Assembly (NCBI GenBank): GCA_012295275.1
Contig: CM022665.1
Coordinates: forward strand, 25,482,001 to 25,546,000
Origin: Chrysomallon squamiferum
Lineage: Eukaryota; Animalia; Mollusca
Reading direction: 5' to 3'
Length of the DNA stretch: 64,000 bases
A program made the position numbers and the translations under genes. Shown piece by piece: positions 1 to 15,100 of the stretch (positions are counted from its first letter, which is position 1; every line of letters starts with the position of its first letter). The notes under the pieces are model-generated. The model saw only the letters and a program-made list of their open reading frames with translations. It was not told the DNA's origin and searched no databases.

Positions 1-551
1 AGACTTGTAATCCACAATATGCATATGATTATCAGTCTTTCTTTTCAACTCATGTAAAATAAAAATACAAATATATATTAATTTAATCATGCTGAAAGTG
101 CTCTGTACAGTATTTTAAAGAAAACTAATTTCATTTAGATTTTTAACATTTGATTAAAATTAATATTCTTAAAATATGCACAGAACATTACATTATTCAT
201 TATGTGTAAATTGATATCTGTCAAGAACACCTGTTTAACAGTTTCATTTTTAAAATTTCAATTTGTGTGTGGAAAATTCTACTGTGAATGTAGTTAGTTT
301 GACCTTTGTTTAGAACACAGTGGACCAGATAATAGTTTTAAATGTTACAATTAGTTCATATATTAAAAGGTATGTTATTTTTATATGATATAGAATATAT
401 GCTTTGTGTCTGTGTATGGATGTGTGAGTGTGTTTGTGTAAAGACAAAAAAAAAACTTCTAATATCTGATATCGGGTAATAGTCTTTCTAACTAACTCTC
501 ATTATTGTTATTATTACTTTTTTTTCTTTGTTTATTTTTATCTTTTTTAAG

Positions 552-783
552 TGTGAAAGACTAAAGCGAATCAGCCATCAGTATGAAGAAAATGCAGAAT
601 CAGCAGAACTTCAGATTAATGCCATCTCCCGTGAATATCGCACACTGCTTGAAGAGAAAGAGGTACAGATAACAAAATTGTTTCTGGCTGCTTAATCTTT
701 TCATAATAAGATGAAGAAAATAAAGTCAATAAAATAAAACAAAGGAAATAAAATTCAAATATTTATATGTGTGTGTGTGTGTG

Positions 784-823
<40 letters not shown>

Positions 824-3800
824 GTAGATATACACACACATACATACATAAACATACAAACATGCACATATATATGTATATTTGTTGTGTGGGCATGTGT
901 GTTAATGTTTGTTCAAGATATAATAAAGGAAATAAAATTTAAATTTGTGTGTGTGTATATATATGCATATATGTAGATATACACACACATACATACATAA
1001 ACATAGACACATGCACAGATATAAATGTTTGCATATGCATCTATATATGCAAGTATACATGTATTTGCACATACATAGTTATATTTGTTGTGTATGTGTG
1101 TTAATGTTTCTTCAAAATGTGCTTATAGTGATGTTTCATTCTCCAACAACATTATGTATTTGTGATTCAGTTGAATAAAATATTGCCTCAATTTTTCTGG
1201 GTCCATAGAAACATTATGCAAAGTTCACAGTGACACAGGATTGGTTTCCTTGCAAGTGCATGTTTTACATTATAATACTGATGAAAAACAAAAGGACAGA
1301 GATGAATCAGCAGTACTTAGATGATATATGAACACGTGTGAAGGTGTAGGACATCTCTGTATAAAATTAGTTTGAAAGGGGAAACAAATTTACATTTCTC
1401 ACTATTTATTTTGTTTTGTTACTTGAACAAATTTATTATTACTATTTATTTATTTACATTATTATTATTATTCTTATGTGGTTTTTTGTTGTTATTTTTT
1501 TTTTAGGGGTTTTGAGGGGTTTTTTTTTGCAAATAAAAAATATTTTAACCAGACAAAATTTTCAAAATATTAAATTCCTTTTTGGGATATTACCACTGTA
1601 ATCAATGCGACTTTAACATAACTGACCTCCTTCCTTCATGAGATTATTATACAGCCCCCACAAAGTGTTTGATAAGCACTTGTACTGCCATATCCTCCTC
1701 ACTTTAATTTTATCTGCCTCTATTTCCTGTAGTTAAGGACTGACCCTTTTCAAAAGCAGATATTTCAAATCTTAAACTGCGTAAAGCTATTGGATAAAAA
1801 GTTAGTGTTATGAAAAGACAGTCAAAACCTTTTTAGATAAAATACCGGAAGATACAGCATAAAGGATTGGTTATGATTTTTGTTAAAAGGCATATTTCTT
1901 TGTTAAAATAGTAGAATAATAAAAATGTGCTCATGTCTGAGAAATAAATAATGATGATAATTTTTTGTAAATAGCATTCTTAGTTTTATTTGTAGTTTTC
2001 TTTGTAATGCTACCAAATTTCATTTAAAACAGTTTATATTACTATTACTGTATTAGATTAATATTTAGTGGAAGGATTTTAGGTGATTCTCTTTTTTTTA
2101 TTTAAAAAAACAAACAAATATTACTAATGATAATAAAAACTTAAAGCTACAATATTATTTATTTATTCAGCTGTTTTGTCATTTCTGCAGAGAAATAGTA
2201 AAATTCACCATGTTCTTATTTGGAATAATAAAAAATAGATACTACTTATTTTATTGTTTTAAAGACCTTGAATTGTGGAAGTTTGGAATTTTTAAAATTT
2301 CATTTACAGACTATCTACGCTTTAAAGGCAGTGCTACGTAATTACGAATTTGACTGTTGAAGATCAAGAGTTCAGTTTTCAATTGAAAATTTTACTGAAC
2401 ATGTATACTAAATATTTATATTTTTATTGATTCATACTGAAGAACTTACATACAAATATTTATCATATTCACACAGAGAGAAATATGTATCTTTTAGTTT
2501 AATCATTAAGGTTTTGTTGTCGTTCCAGAAAGAAATAAAAGAGTTGAAGAGACGTCATCACGAATTGCTTGAACAGCAAGCTAAAACTGCTTTGTTGGCA
2601 TCATCAGACTCAGTTGAGCTGTCTCTTACTCACAGTACATCCACACCACTTATAAGCAAACACAAAGATGCTGGTAAGTGGTCTTTCTTTTCAACTGTTA
2701 AATTAACAAAATATTTGCCTGAAAAATTAATAAAGTTTCCTGAAAGTATTGCACAGATTTACCGAACTCTGAGTAAAATGGTCCACTAAGAGGTAAGAAT
2801 TTGCATGATGAATTCCATTACAAACTGTGTTCATGATTGGTGTTTTAAAGATCACTTGAAGAATACATATATGCATACATAAGATAGAAATAGATATTAA
2901 TATATATATATCTGAGCAGCTGACAGGATGACTTCAGTGGATTTCTTCTTTAAGAGGCCCCAAAACAACTCAAATTATAATGATATACCTTGATAACAAT
3001 TGTTTCTTTTTGTTGTTTTTTTGTTGCATAATAAAAAAAACAAATATTCATTCATTTATACATTTCATATATGTTATGTTATCAGAATATGTATCAACAT
3101 TAAAATTTTAAACTTACATACACCAGAGGTGCAGTTTAGTACTAGCACTGAATTAAGTACAGATCTCAAAATTTGCAGTAAAATCTCTTTATTATTAATT
3201 ATAATTTAGTCCTGTATTGATTAAAATGAAATATTCAGACATATTCAAAGCACTATGACCACACTAAAAATTAACTGCATAAATTCAATATTTTTATTTA
3301 TCTGTTTGCTTTTAAAACTTTAAGATACCATCTTGGCATAAAAAAATCCTTTTTAACATTTTGATCGAGTTGCCATTTTAATCTTCTTGTTTGTACAAAG
3401 TCCATATTATCTTTAGCTCTGACCTCTGCCAGTAATGATTAACCCAAGCTTATCCTGCCTAGCAACTCTATGCAGTTTGGACAAACAGTCAACATTATTT
3501 TATACTGGTACCATCTCTTGCATGTTACCAACAAGGCGTTTTCGTTGGGCATATCTTATATACATAGAAACATTTACAAGTTACTAATAGTTTTTATCTC
3601 GGCTTTTTCCTGTTGAATGTGGTTGTCATGACACTTAAAATATTTATCTTGGTCAGTGTGTTTTAGATAAGGACAGGACAGGTTGTTTGATCCATAATGC
3701 TAAACACGTTTTCAGTTATACGTGTTAATAATGGTTTATTTATTTATTTATTTTTAATAAAAGAAATTTTAAAACAAATATGCATACATATACGTTTATT

Positions 3801-6800
3801 ATTTATTTATTTGTCATTTTGTATTTTTTTATATGCATATGGAATTTTGTTTTATTAATTTTTTATTTCATATTTTAAGTATTTTCTTTCTTTTTTTTTC
3901 TTTTTTTTTTACATATTTATTGTTCTTATTTTAAAATTATTAATTTTATTTTATTTTATTTTATTATGCCTCATTTGCTAGTAGAATAACATTCAGTTAA
4001 ATAGTATATTTGTCTGAACTGGTTTTTGTTTTTCACTGGAATACTTCTGAATATATTTTAACAGACTACATTTTCTTTAATTTAATATTTATTAGACTAT
4101 ATTGATACTAATTCCTGTTACTATATTTATTTATGGGGTTTTTCTTTGAATTTCTTTAATTAAAACTGAAACTGTAACCTGTTGAAAATCTGTGAACTTA
4201 GGACTACAATTAGTGAAAGTTCACCGACATCATTCAAGGAGTAATATGCAGAATTCCTGAAAGTACGAAACAAATTTTTCTTCCCACAAAACAGCTGATA
4301 AATGGAGAATGCCTGCACATGGTTTTCAGTATTTTACTTACATCATATTTAAACACTGATGGATGAGTATTTGAAATCTCTTATTAGATTTTTATGGCGT
4401 TCTAAACTGATTTCCCTGTCTATTTCATGGGGTCTTCTGCATACCTTTCAAGTCTAGCAGAAGTTTATGCTCTGAATGCGTGATTCACAGTACACCTGGG
4501 ATCAAAAATAAAAAGAATTTAAGTTAATGAAAAAGAAAAAAAATATCAAATAAAAAAGGAAAGAGACTATTTTAATTTTTTATATGTGATTTTATAAACA
4601 CCATATATGACAAACTGAATTTAATTAAGAAAAAGAGAAAACAACTGCATATATTTTATGCTAATCATGTATAAAATCTTTATGTCTATCATTTATATGT
4701 ATATCCTTAATCTCAAGTGGCTAAAATATTACAAAATGACAGTTAAAATCTAAATAAAATGTAGAGATAAAACCACTGCATATTGTTATATTTGCTGATT
4801 ATGACAAGCTCTGTATTATTTATACGTATGCCTATTATGTTGTGAGTGGCAACATTAACTGAATTAACAGTTCCTTTAAAAAAAGATGAAAAAGAAAATA
4901 TGAATGCAACTATGAATTTATTGGCATTATCTGGGGGAAAAAATAGAAACTCACAATTCATAGAGTGATAAATAATGGTAATGTTAATTTGTTAGTTTTG
5001 GTGGTGGTGGGGTTTTTGTTGTTTTTTTTACTTATCATATTACACATTACTTTTCCATGTAATGTACAAACCTGTTATTTGTTGGCATGTCAACATGCAC
5101 AGTCAATAGCTGCCTCTCTTATTTTTAACAACATGTCCTTGCACTTGTCTCAGATTATCTTGATACATTTGTTTAGTTCAATAAGAAGTCAACATAAATT
5201 TGTAAACATGTAGAACTAGATATATTTTAATAAAAGTTTGTGTTGAAAAATGATAGGTCTTTTTGGGTTTGACGCCAGACGTTTAATGTTTTTAGTTATA
5301 ATAAAAATAAAAATTCCCCAAATAAAAATTTGAAGAAATCTTAAGTACTAAAATTTTAAATATAAAATTTGAAAGATGAATAAAGTAATGTGGTAAGTTA
5401 GTTTGATTTTTAAATTAAATACAGAAGACTCATCTAATTTAAAAGCTTTTGGTTACACACACAAGCATTTTGTTTTCTTAAAATAACTCAGGTAACTTAA
5501 CACGCTCCATGTCTAGTCAGGTTATCATTAATAATTAATGTTTTCCTGTTCAACATTTTTTGTTTTTTTAAATTTATTATTTTTAAATTATTTTTTTTTA
5601 AAGATAAAGTGTAAGTTGTTAGCAATTTTGTTAAATATAATTTAAACAAATGATGTATGAATGTTTCAAATAATATTTTTTCAAACTGTTGTTATTTTTT
5701 AAATTTATGGTAATATTTCACAATTTCAATTTTCATGATTGTTCTGTTAATAGGGCCAGCATTATCTCATTGCACTTCCTTAGTTTTATTGAGGATATTG
5801 TCGACATAGACCAATACATTTTTTTTTTTTTAAAATGAGTCATCTAGCTTCTTCTAAACATTTGCCCAGTTTTCATTATCAACAATAAACTGTAAGTCAC
5901 TAGCAGCACCTGTTTATTTCACAGTCATGTTAAGAGCTATTAGCTCAGTATGTCCTGCTTTTCAAACTTATTAAAGGATTTTGAGAACCATTTGTGTCAG
6001 TTTTCAAGGGTCATAATATGGACTGTAGTTTAATGGTGACAGCAGTCTAGGCACTCATGTAATTAAACCAAATCTGGAATGTTCTGGCATTTTATCTTAC
6101 TTTTAGATGAATGTTTAGGATGTCTTCTTAACTGTACCATTAAATTATATAATCATAATGTATTTCTATCTTAGTTAACATTTTTGTTTAAAATTCCATT
6201 TTATGCTTTTTAATGAAAAAAAAAAAAAAAGCAGGAACAATCCCAACTCACAAGCTTGATGGTATAATGAATGATCTGATGATAATGATGATGATGATGA
6301 TTATTATGATTACAGATTTAAAAGTAAGAAATTAAAAGTTTGTTTAATACAAAGTGAGATCACAAGAATGATACAGTGCATGGAAGGTTAGAGAAAATAA
6401 AACATTTCAGTAGTTTGAACAAGTTAGTTTAGATGCCCAAAATTCTTTCATGGTTAGGATGACTGCTATAGAATATTTTATTTTTAAATTATGTGATTAA
6501 AAACAAATATAGCACTGGCTTTTCTTCAAGACCTGTGTTAGATACTCTTCTGTATTATTTTACAACAGCAAAGTAATATACATAATAATACATTCAGAAG
6601 ATTATGAGGAGCAAAAAACAAGTGATTTCATTAAAATTGATTAGCTGATTGAAACACAGAAATGATTTAGTTTTGACATTTATAAAAACAAAGAAAAAAT
6701 AAACATGCTAAAAATAGATATAGTAACTATTTAGTAAAATAACTATGTTGGTTACATAGCAAGCATTATCATAATCTAAATAAACCATTGGGATAGTTGT

Positions 6801-9100
6801 TTCTTTGGTTTATGAAAAAGCTTTAAATTTTTTTTACCTTCTTCCTTTTTAATTACATATAAATTCTTTATATGAATCACGAATGTCAGGCTATGTCACC
6901 CATTCATGTGTTCTAGATATAGATATAGTCAGAACACAAACACTGTAATTTGATGCCCATGCTTTATATCATAACTGAACAGTTCTTGTTTAATCAGACT
7001 GTTTGTTCAACCCCAAAATTGTTTGAGCTCTTTTTAAATTGTGATGTTTGCCTACCCTGAAACTTGTCAAATCAAAGACATTCGACAGTTTCTTTGGAAA
7101 AAATTTACCGGGTTTGTTTGACTATTCTGGTGCTTTCTACATTCGTCTGGATCAAGCAATACAGCACTTATCTTAGGTGTGGATAGAGACTGTCTACTGT
7201 TATATTTTAGTACATGATTTATGTCTCACAAGGTACTCTAACAACCATTTTACCTGAAACAGAGCAGCTTAAGAAAATACTGGTACTAAATAATTCCATT
7301 CACAGGTAAGCAATAAAAGTATACAATCATTTTATATCGCCTGACACACACAGTGTGAAATGTTTATTAAGATGCACACACACAGGAACATAATGATAAC
7401 TAAAGGGGAAAATATTCGTATGTAACTTATATGACCAGACATAAATTATGAAATAATGAAACAACAGACATTGCATAAGCACCATTTTACACCTTTGTAA
7501 TATAAAATCATAAGATCAGGAAGCAACTTATTTTACATTTATACACTTCTGATATACCTGTGTGAACATTTGCAAAGACTAGAGAATAAAATTATAAAAT
7601 AAAACATATGTTATATATAATCTTCCTAAAGCATGGCAGGATTATATTTAACTTTTAAAACTGCGTCAGCCATAAGTCGTTTGTTGAGGCATTTAATATT
7701 TGACATTGTTTGACCTAGGATATTGGATTTGCTATGGATATATAGCAGTCAGTATTGGTTTTGTGATTAATCACAATGTTGACATTCTCTTCAATAGAAC
7801 TGCTCACTTAATGAGTCAGTGTGGGTATTTGAGTACATTAAAATGGGTGCATGTCTCACTAGATACCTTTAAGCTAGGCAACAAGCTTATTCCCGCCTAA
7901 ACTCTATTCTTATCTGGTGGATAAACACTGACCCTTATCTTCTGTTTGAGAACAAAGTCCAACCAGCTTAAGGTGATTTAAAAAAAAAAAAAATTATTTT
8001 AATTATAATTTATTATTTTTTTTTTTTTTTTTATTAATATTAAACTTTTATCTCCATTTTTTCTTGTTACTTTATATATTATTTAATTACTTACTGCTAC
8101 AACCACATTTAGCAAAAATATTTTGTTTTACAGTATAAATGAGTTTAGAAAATGCAGAAGTGTTAAGCTGTGCAAGAGTAGACTTCAAAACAAATGATTA
8201 TTTATGCACAAAATAGCAGGTTCATTTGAGTTCACATGTCTTGAAAACCTGATTGTTATGCAAGTCATCATCACACCCATCTATTGAGGTAAAACAGCAG
8301 TCTTTTCTCACTGATCGTCACAGCCTTAAGTGTATGTGTGTGTGTGTGTGTGTGTGAGTGCTGTTAAGAGACTTGATGGGTGTGGTTGTCAGATAAAGCT
8401 ACCCATACAAAGACAGAATGCTTCAAGTAGGTTGGGTCACTGTATGTTACATCCGGCTTACCTTAGTAGGGTATTTTTAGTTGTTACTAGGAAATCTGTT
8501 GCGGCAGTTTTGCAGAAAAAGACATCTTTTTTTATTTCTTTTTTTATTTTTATAAAAAATTTAGTTCTGTGATATATTAGGTATGACTCACTGGCTTTGA
8601 AGACTTGAGTGAATAAGAACGGATAGATTTGTGGAAAGCCATAGGTAACCATTTCATGGTAATTGTTTTATATAAAGTTTACAAATTGTGTGATTTGTGT
8701 CAGGTATTTTGTAAATAGAGCATGAACATGATTTAAAATTGAATTACACCTAATATGTAAAAAGAAATGTTATTTTATTTTTTTTTTTTTTTTTTTTTTT
8801 TTTTTCTTTTTGCAATTCAACTGAATGTGTTACGCACTATCATTAATACCAGTTCTTACTGATGTAATCTAACTGGGTGTTTTAATTTTTAAGTCTTATG
8901 ATGCCTTTTTAATTTTTATTTTTAATTTTAATTTTAATTTATCTAAATTATTATTTTGTTTAATGTGATTATCTTAGCTACATCATAAGCATATTGTCAC
9001 TAATTTTATTATTATTTTTTTAATATTTATGAAAAGGAATGAAATAATGATAATAATAAAAACAATTCTAAATATGAATAAACTAACTTTTCTTTTGTTG

Positions 9101-9131
<31 letters not shown>

Positions 9132-12100
9132 GAATACAGAAATAAAATTCAATTTTTCATGTTAATAGTTTATACTGGTTAATACTTTTCTTTGTATTTT
9201 TGTATTGTGAAATTGTGCCTTCTGGGAAATAGTTAGCTTTGTGTGGTATTCTTATCAGGCTCAATTATATGCTATTCAAGTGCTTTGTAATCCCAACAAA
9301 AGAACTTCCGGTATGGTAATGAAAAAACCTCTTTTATATGAGTTAAGAATGAATCATAGCTTCGCCTCATACCCATAGGTTGTTTGTTTTGTTACATGCA
9401 TTTGATCCTGGTTGTTTGATATATGATATGATGTGTGTGTGTGTGTGTGTGTGTGTACATACATAACATTTTTAAAGTTTTATGAATTATTTCTAAGTTA
9501 AATACTAGTAAAAAAATATTAAAAATTTATCTGATATCAAAATTTAATAAATAATGAAATTATTATAAAGAAATGACTCGATGCAGAAAATATGTGTTTC
9601 TATTTTTTACTTGAATTTAAAAGTGAAAATTTGTAAAAGTTCTGGTTTTAATTAAATTTAATTAATGGAAATATATAAATCTTTATTATTTTTGCTTTAA
9701 CAGCTAGTGGCACATAATGAAGCAGTCTATGGACTTTGAAAAGACAGTCTTCAAAATACATGTTAAATTATTAGTACCTTGACATTTTTTTTATCATTAT
9801 TTAAACTAAATCAGTTGATTTGTGTAATGTGCAGTATTTTATCTTGTTTCTTTGCCCCTTCATGTTTGATGATGTTTAAATTTTATACTTAAAATGAAGT
9901 ATTCATTTACTACTATTAGATGTTTTCTTTTTCTTTTCTTATTTTAAAATTTCAAAATAATTTTCACAGAACAAAATGATAGCTTAATTACTAAGTATGT
10001 CTAACATATTTAATAATAATAATAATGGTTATTACTTGCCAATATCTTATATCTTGAGTAAATGGGAAATGAAAAAAGAAACATTTTGTAATTCCACAAG
10101 TGGGTTTCTCTTACTGATCAATAGCATGTTTTATTTTTACATACATTATCCTATATAAAAGTAAACATAGCTCATCACTTTTCATACATTCATCACAGAG
10201 TATTTGCTGGAACTGTAATTTATTTGTGGGCACTGATTATGGTTATAGTACCTATATACAGGAATAATTTGTTAATGTCTTGAGATAGCTTTATCCTGCA
10301 ATAGGCCTCTGCAAAGCTGCATTCAACATTCAACCTGAACAGGATAAAGCTGATATCTTCAGACAGTAACCAGTTATTTTTTAAATTTTGAATCCTAAAT
10401 AATATAAAAATTAAATGAAGTAAGCTGTAAACTGTTTTATTTCTCAACTCACTGGTATCAAGGATTCACACATGTTGATTTTGTTATTGCTTACAAAACT
10501 TATACATGAAAAGTGATTTATCAAAGATAAGTGATTTTATCAAAGTAAATATATTTTCTCTTCCATAAAGTTATGTTTTTGGTTAGTGTCCAAAAATGTA
10601 AAAATGTATCTAGTCGTCATATCTTGCCATTACATATAGTGATTGCAGGATTAAAAAAATATATATATAGATATGTATTATTTATGTGATATCAGTTTCT
10701 TTTATCCTTTTTTGTATGACAGTTTTTGTTTATTTATTTTAGGTTATGAAGCAGGAGGTTTTCACATCCAGGATGATGGCTGGGAGTTTGGTGACAGTAT
10801 AAGTCTGCAACATGAGGTGAACAGACTCAGTCATGAAATTCAGAGATTACAAGCAGAATGCCAGCATTGGAGATCAGTTGCTGGACAGCTGGTATGTAAA
10901 CAGCTAGGACATAATCTCACTGTCATATTTTTACTAAGTACTGAGAAAACATTAGCAGTAAAGTGCATCTAATTCAAACTAGCCAGTTATCTGAAGTGTT
11001 TTTGTTGCATCTGCACACAGTTGGGAATGTGTACGCATAACTTGAAAACAGCTTAACTCAAATATTCGAAGCAAGTTTGGTGGAGTTAGATCTGAAGTAT
11101 TTATTATGTATATATTTCATACATAAGCTTTCTTAGCTTGAAAATAGAAACACTCCACTCTATATGTATATTACAACTGCACAGCGATGCCCTGGTTTAT
11201 ATATTTAAAAAAAAATTAAATAATTAATATTGTCTTTGTGATATATTAATACTGAATCTGATCTGATATTTCTGTGTATTGGCTTTTGTAGGGTTTTACA
11301 GAATAATCCTCTTACATACATTGGGGAAGTATCTGTAGTTGATTATTAATGACTTAAAAAGACTTTTCCAAACTAATTATGTAAGATCAAATTTCCTAAA
11401 ATTAATGCATAACCTTTTCAATAATACTTCCACCATAAACTCAATATGATTAGGACATAATGTATATTATTAATACTCAGTTGGTGTAATATCTGGTAAT
11501 GTCTCTTTTACAGTCTTGATTTATGCAGGTTTTTCATTAAACTGTTATCCAGTTGATAATACTCATATTTTGTGTTGATTTTTGTTTAACTAAATAAAAG
11601 TAGAAATAAATTTAATAATAATGATAATGATAATCAGAAACAGTTTAACTTTTATGTAATTTTTAATAAAATGGAAAAAAGGGCAATCAGTGTTTTTTAT
11701 TTTTTATTTATTTATTTTTATTTTTACATAGACATAGAATTTATATGCAGATTAACATATTTTTATATAACCAAAAATGTTATGGTGAGATGTTAGGAAA
11801 TAATCATATAGTCCATATAAAAGGCCCAACTGCAATTTTTTAATTTTTTAATTTATTTATTTATTTATTTATTTATTTTATTTTTCATTTTATTTATTTA
11901 TTTAACTTTAAAAAAAATGTATTTATCAATTTTATTTATTTAATAGATGCTGATTTGGTAAACATGCTTAAATTAACAAGGACTATCTTCTTATACCATT
12001 AGCTTTTTAAAAATAAGTAACCGACATGACTTAGGAAACTTAAACTGTTGTAAGTTCATCTTGTGATAAAAGGACTTAGATTTTCAGCACATTTGGCTAA

Positions 12101-15100
12101 ATGATATCAAATGTCATGAGGGGAAGATATATCTTTGCTGTTTATTATGAATGGATACCTAAATTGCCAAGGACAAGGAGAAATTTTGAATTACTGTTAA
12201 GTAGGTTATCTGCAGCGTTACCAGATATCATTGGTTTCTTGGAAGTTGAAGCAGCATGATCATATTGTTATTGAGGTTTGGTTCACTTATGATATTTTTA
12301 GGTATCTAGTTATCACGCATTTTTTTTTTTTGTTGCACATGGTTCTTGTATATTGAAAAATATATATAAAAAGGCTAAAGATATATTAACTGGAATATTT
12401 ACAGGTGTCAGCATTTGGTGACCTATTTACTGTTGTCCATATCTAGTTAAATATATACTTATATATTGAAAAATACAGAGGTTAAAGATACATTAACTGG
12501 AATATTTAATCTGTTAAAGTTTGAAATTTATTAAGGTAATAAAAAAGGACAAGACAATGGTTTACTTTATTTGAAGAATTCATTTAAGCAAACGATGGTA
12601 GTCATTATTATAATTATTACTATTATTATTTGTTTACTTTATTTGAATTTTTTAATTTAATTTAATTTTTTTTATTATTATTATTATTATTTTTTTGTTT
12701 TTGTTTTGTTAATCAAATTTGAAATAAGATACCCTGTATGATGTTTGTGTAATTCCAGTGGCTTGTTAATGATTTGAATTTTATATTTATTGAAAATCAA
12801 TACCACACAACCAGAACAGTTTATTAAGTTAGTTTTTAATATAGCCTGTTTGTAATGAATACTTTAAACATGGTTACATTTAAGGGCAGATAACATATCA
12901 GCCTTGCTTAGATAATTTTTGGAGATAATAAAAAAAAAAAAAAAAAAATATTATTTAGATATTATTAAAAGAATATTAAAATTAAATTTTAAAAACAAAA
13001 AACAAAAAACAAAAGACTAAATAAATATTTTCATCAAGAATTTTAAATTGCATTTTTGATAATTTTAAGATTTCCTTCTTTTGATCAGTTTCTATTATTA
13101 TTATTTATTTATTTATTTTATGTACCTTTTTAAATTACACATCATATTTGTCATCTAAAAGTAATCCAATTTTAATATTTTAATATTAATCTTAATATAC
13201 TAATTTGTCTTTGCATATAATCTGTGTCCATTGCTATGTTTTTCCTTAAAAATGTTACTTCAAGGGTATAGTAATTTCTGTCACTGAGAATTAATTATAT
13301 TTGGTCTGAAACTTGAGTCATTTATAATACTGAATTACTGTTAGCCAATTTAACTTAAGAATCCTGCCTTAACTACGACCTCATTGTGTAAATGACAGTG
13401 TAAATATGTCAGTTTTCATGTAATAAATGGATTTCATTATTGACACAAAATGTTTACGTGCTGTGGAGAAAGGTAGAATGAATAATCAGTAAAGCTTATA
13501 ATTCCATTATCAACAAATAAATCATTCACATGTTTCAAAAGTAACCTGCTTTAAGCCATCAGAAGCAATCAATCATCGATAAGATTGTTCTTTAGCAGAC
13601 TAAATACAGCAGCTTTTCTCAGAGATTTTAAAAATAAATGTAGTATATTTGTAAAATGTTATATCTATTTTTGGTAATTTCAGTTTACTGGTAGGAGGGA
13701 TCAATTATTTTGTCATTTTTATTATCATTGTAAATGTAATTATTATTATACTATATTATTATTATTTTAAAATGTAAATTATTCTGTGTGTACTATATCG
13801 TGTGAGATTTGTTTTTGTAATTTAAATATTTGAAGACTTAAATATAATGTTTCATTTAAAAAGAATGTTTTAAAATATTTATTCTGAAATAAGTTCCATT
13901 AAAATTATTGATATTTTTTAAAAACAAAATATAATTTTCTTTTAATGTGATTTTTTATAGTTTAAAAAGGATGTTCAGAGTTTAAAAATAAGTATTATTT
14001 TAGTTGTTTGAATGACCTTTCTCTTTTGAGAACATTAAAAAAAAGTATATTTATTTCTGTTTTCTTTTACAGGGCCATACTGGTTCAGAAAATGAACAGC
14101 TTGAAAATAAGAAAGAAGAACTTGTTGAACTGCAGGCTACAGTACAAGTAATACATTTTTTATTACTGATAATCAAACAATATACAAAATATAAATATTT
14201 TTGTAGTGAACAGATGGTTCTGTGTTGGCAGATAACAAACCTTGTTAACAAATTATAATATTGTTAAATTTCAGTACAGAATGTTACTGGTAGTTTGCAG
14301 AATATTTAACAGTTACAGTATTGCTGTGTAACTTTTCAAATCATGTTGTTTTATTTGTAATTTTACTTTATTTTAGTTCAGCTGAGACTGTGTTGTTCTC
14401 TGTTATACTTTGCTTTAACATAACCAAGACTGTGTTCATCTCTCTTGTAATTGTCCCTTGTTTTAACTAAACTTAGCCTTTGTTGTTTTCTGTTATAACA
14501 CTCAAGAGCCAGTTTTATTTTTGTGCTGGGGTGTTTTGTTATTTTTAATATCTTCCTATTGTAACTGTATTTTTTTTTAACTCAACTTGATTGTGTTGTT
14601 TTTCTGAAGCTATATTTAGAAATTCTCAAACCAGTTTGCTAATTTAGTATTGCTTAAACACCAGTCCTATATGGTCATTTTAAAAATTGTTATTTAAATA
14701 AATTCAACAAAATTATTTGCCACATTATTAGGAATATATTAAAATGTATTTTTGTAAGGAGTTAAAGAAACAGCTGTCTGAAGCTCGTGACCACCAACAA
14801 CATGAAGTTGCATCTCTGCAGGATGTTCATGCACAGAAGATCTCAACACTAAAGAAGAAACACAAACAAGAAGTGACAGAATACAAACAACAAATAGCTT
14901 ATCTTGAACAGCTGGTCTCTGAGGGTTTGTTTAGATCTTTATCGTATTTTAGAAATTACAAGGGAAAAAAAATAGATGCAAAAACATCAAGAAACTAAAG
15001 CTGTGATAAAATAATTTCAAAGAAACCTATTTTTATAATGTTTCAGTTTAATATATATGTTAGTAATTTATGTATTTATTTATTTGAGATAAAATCCCAC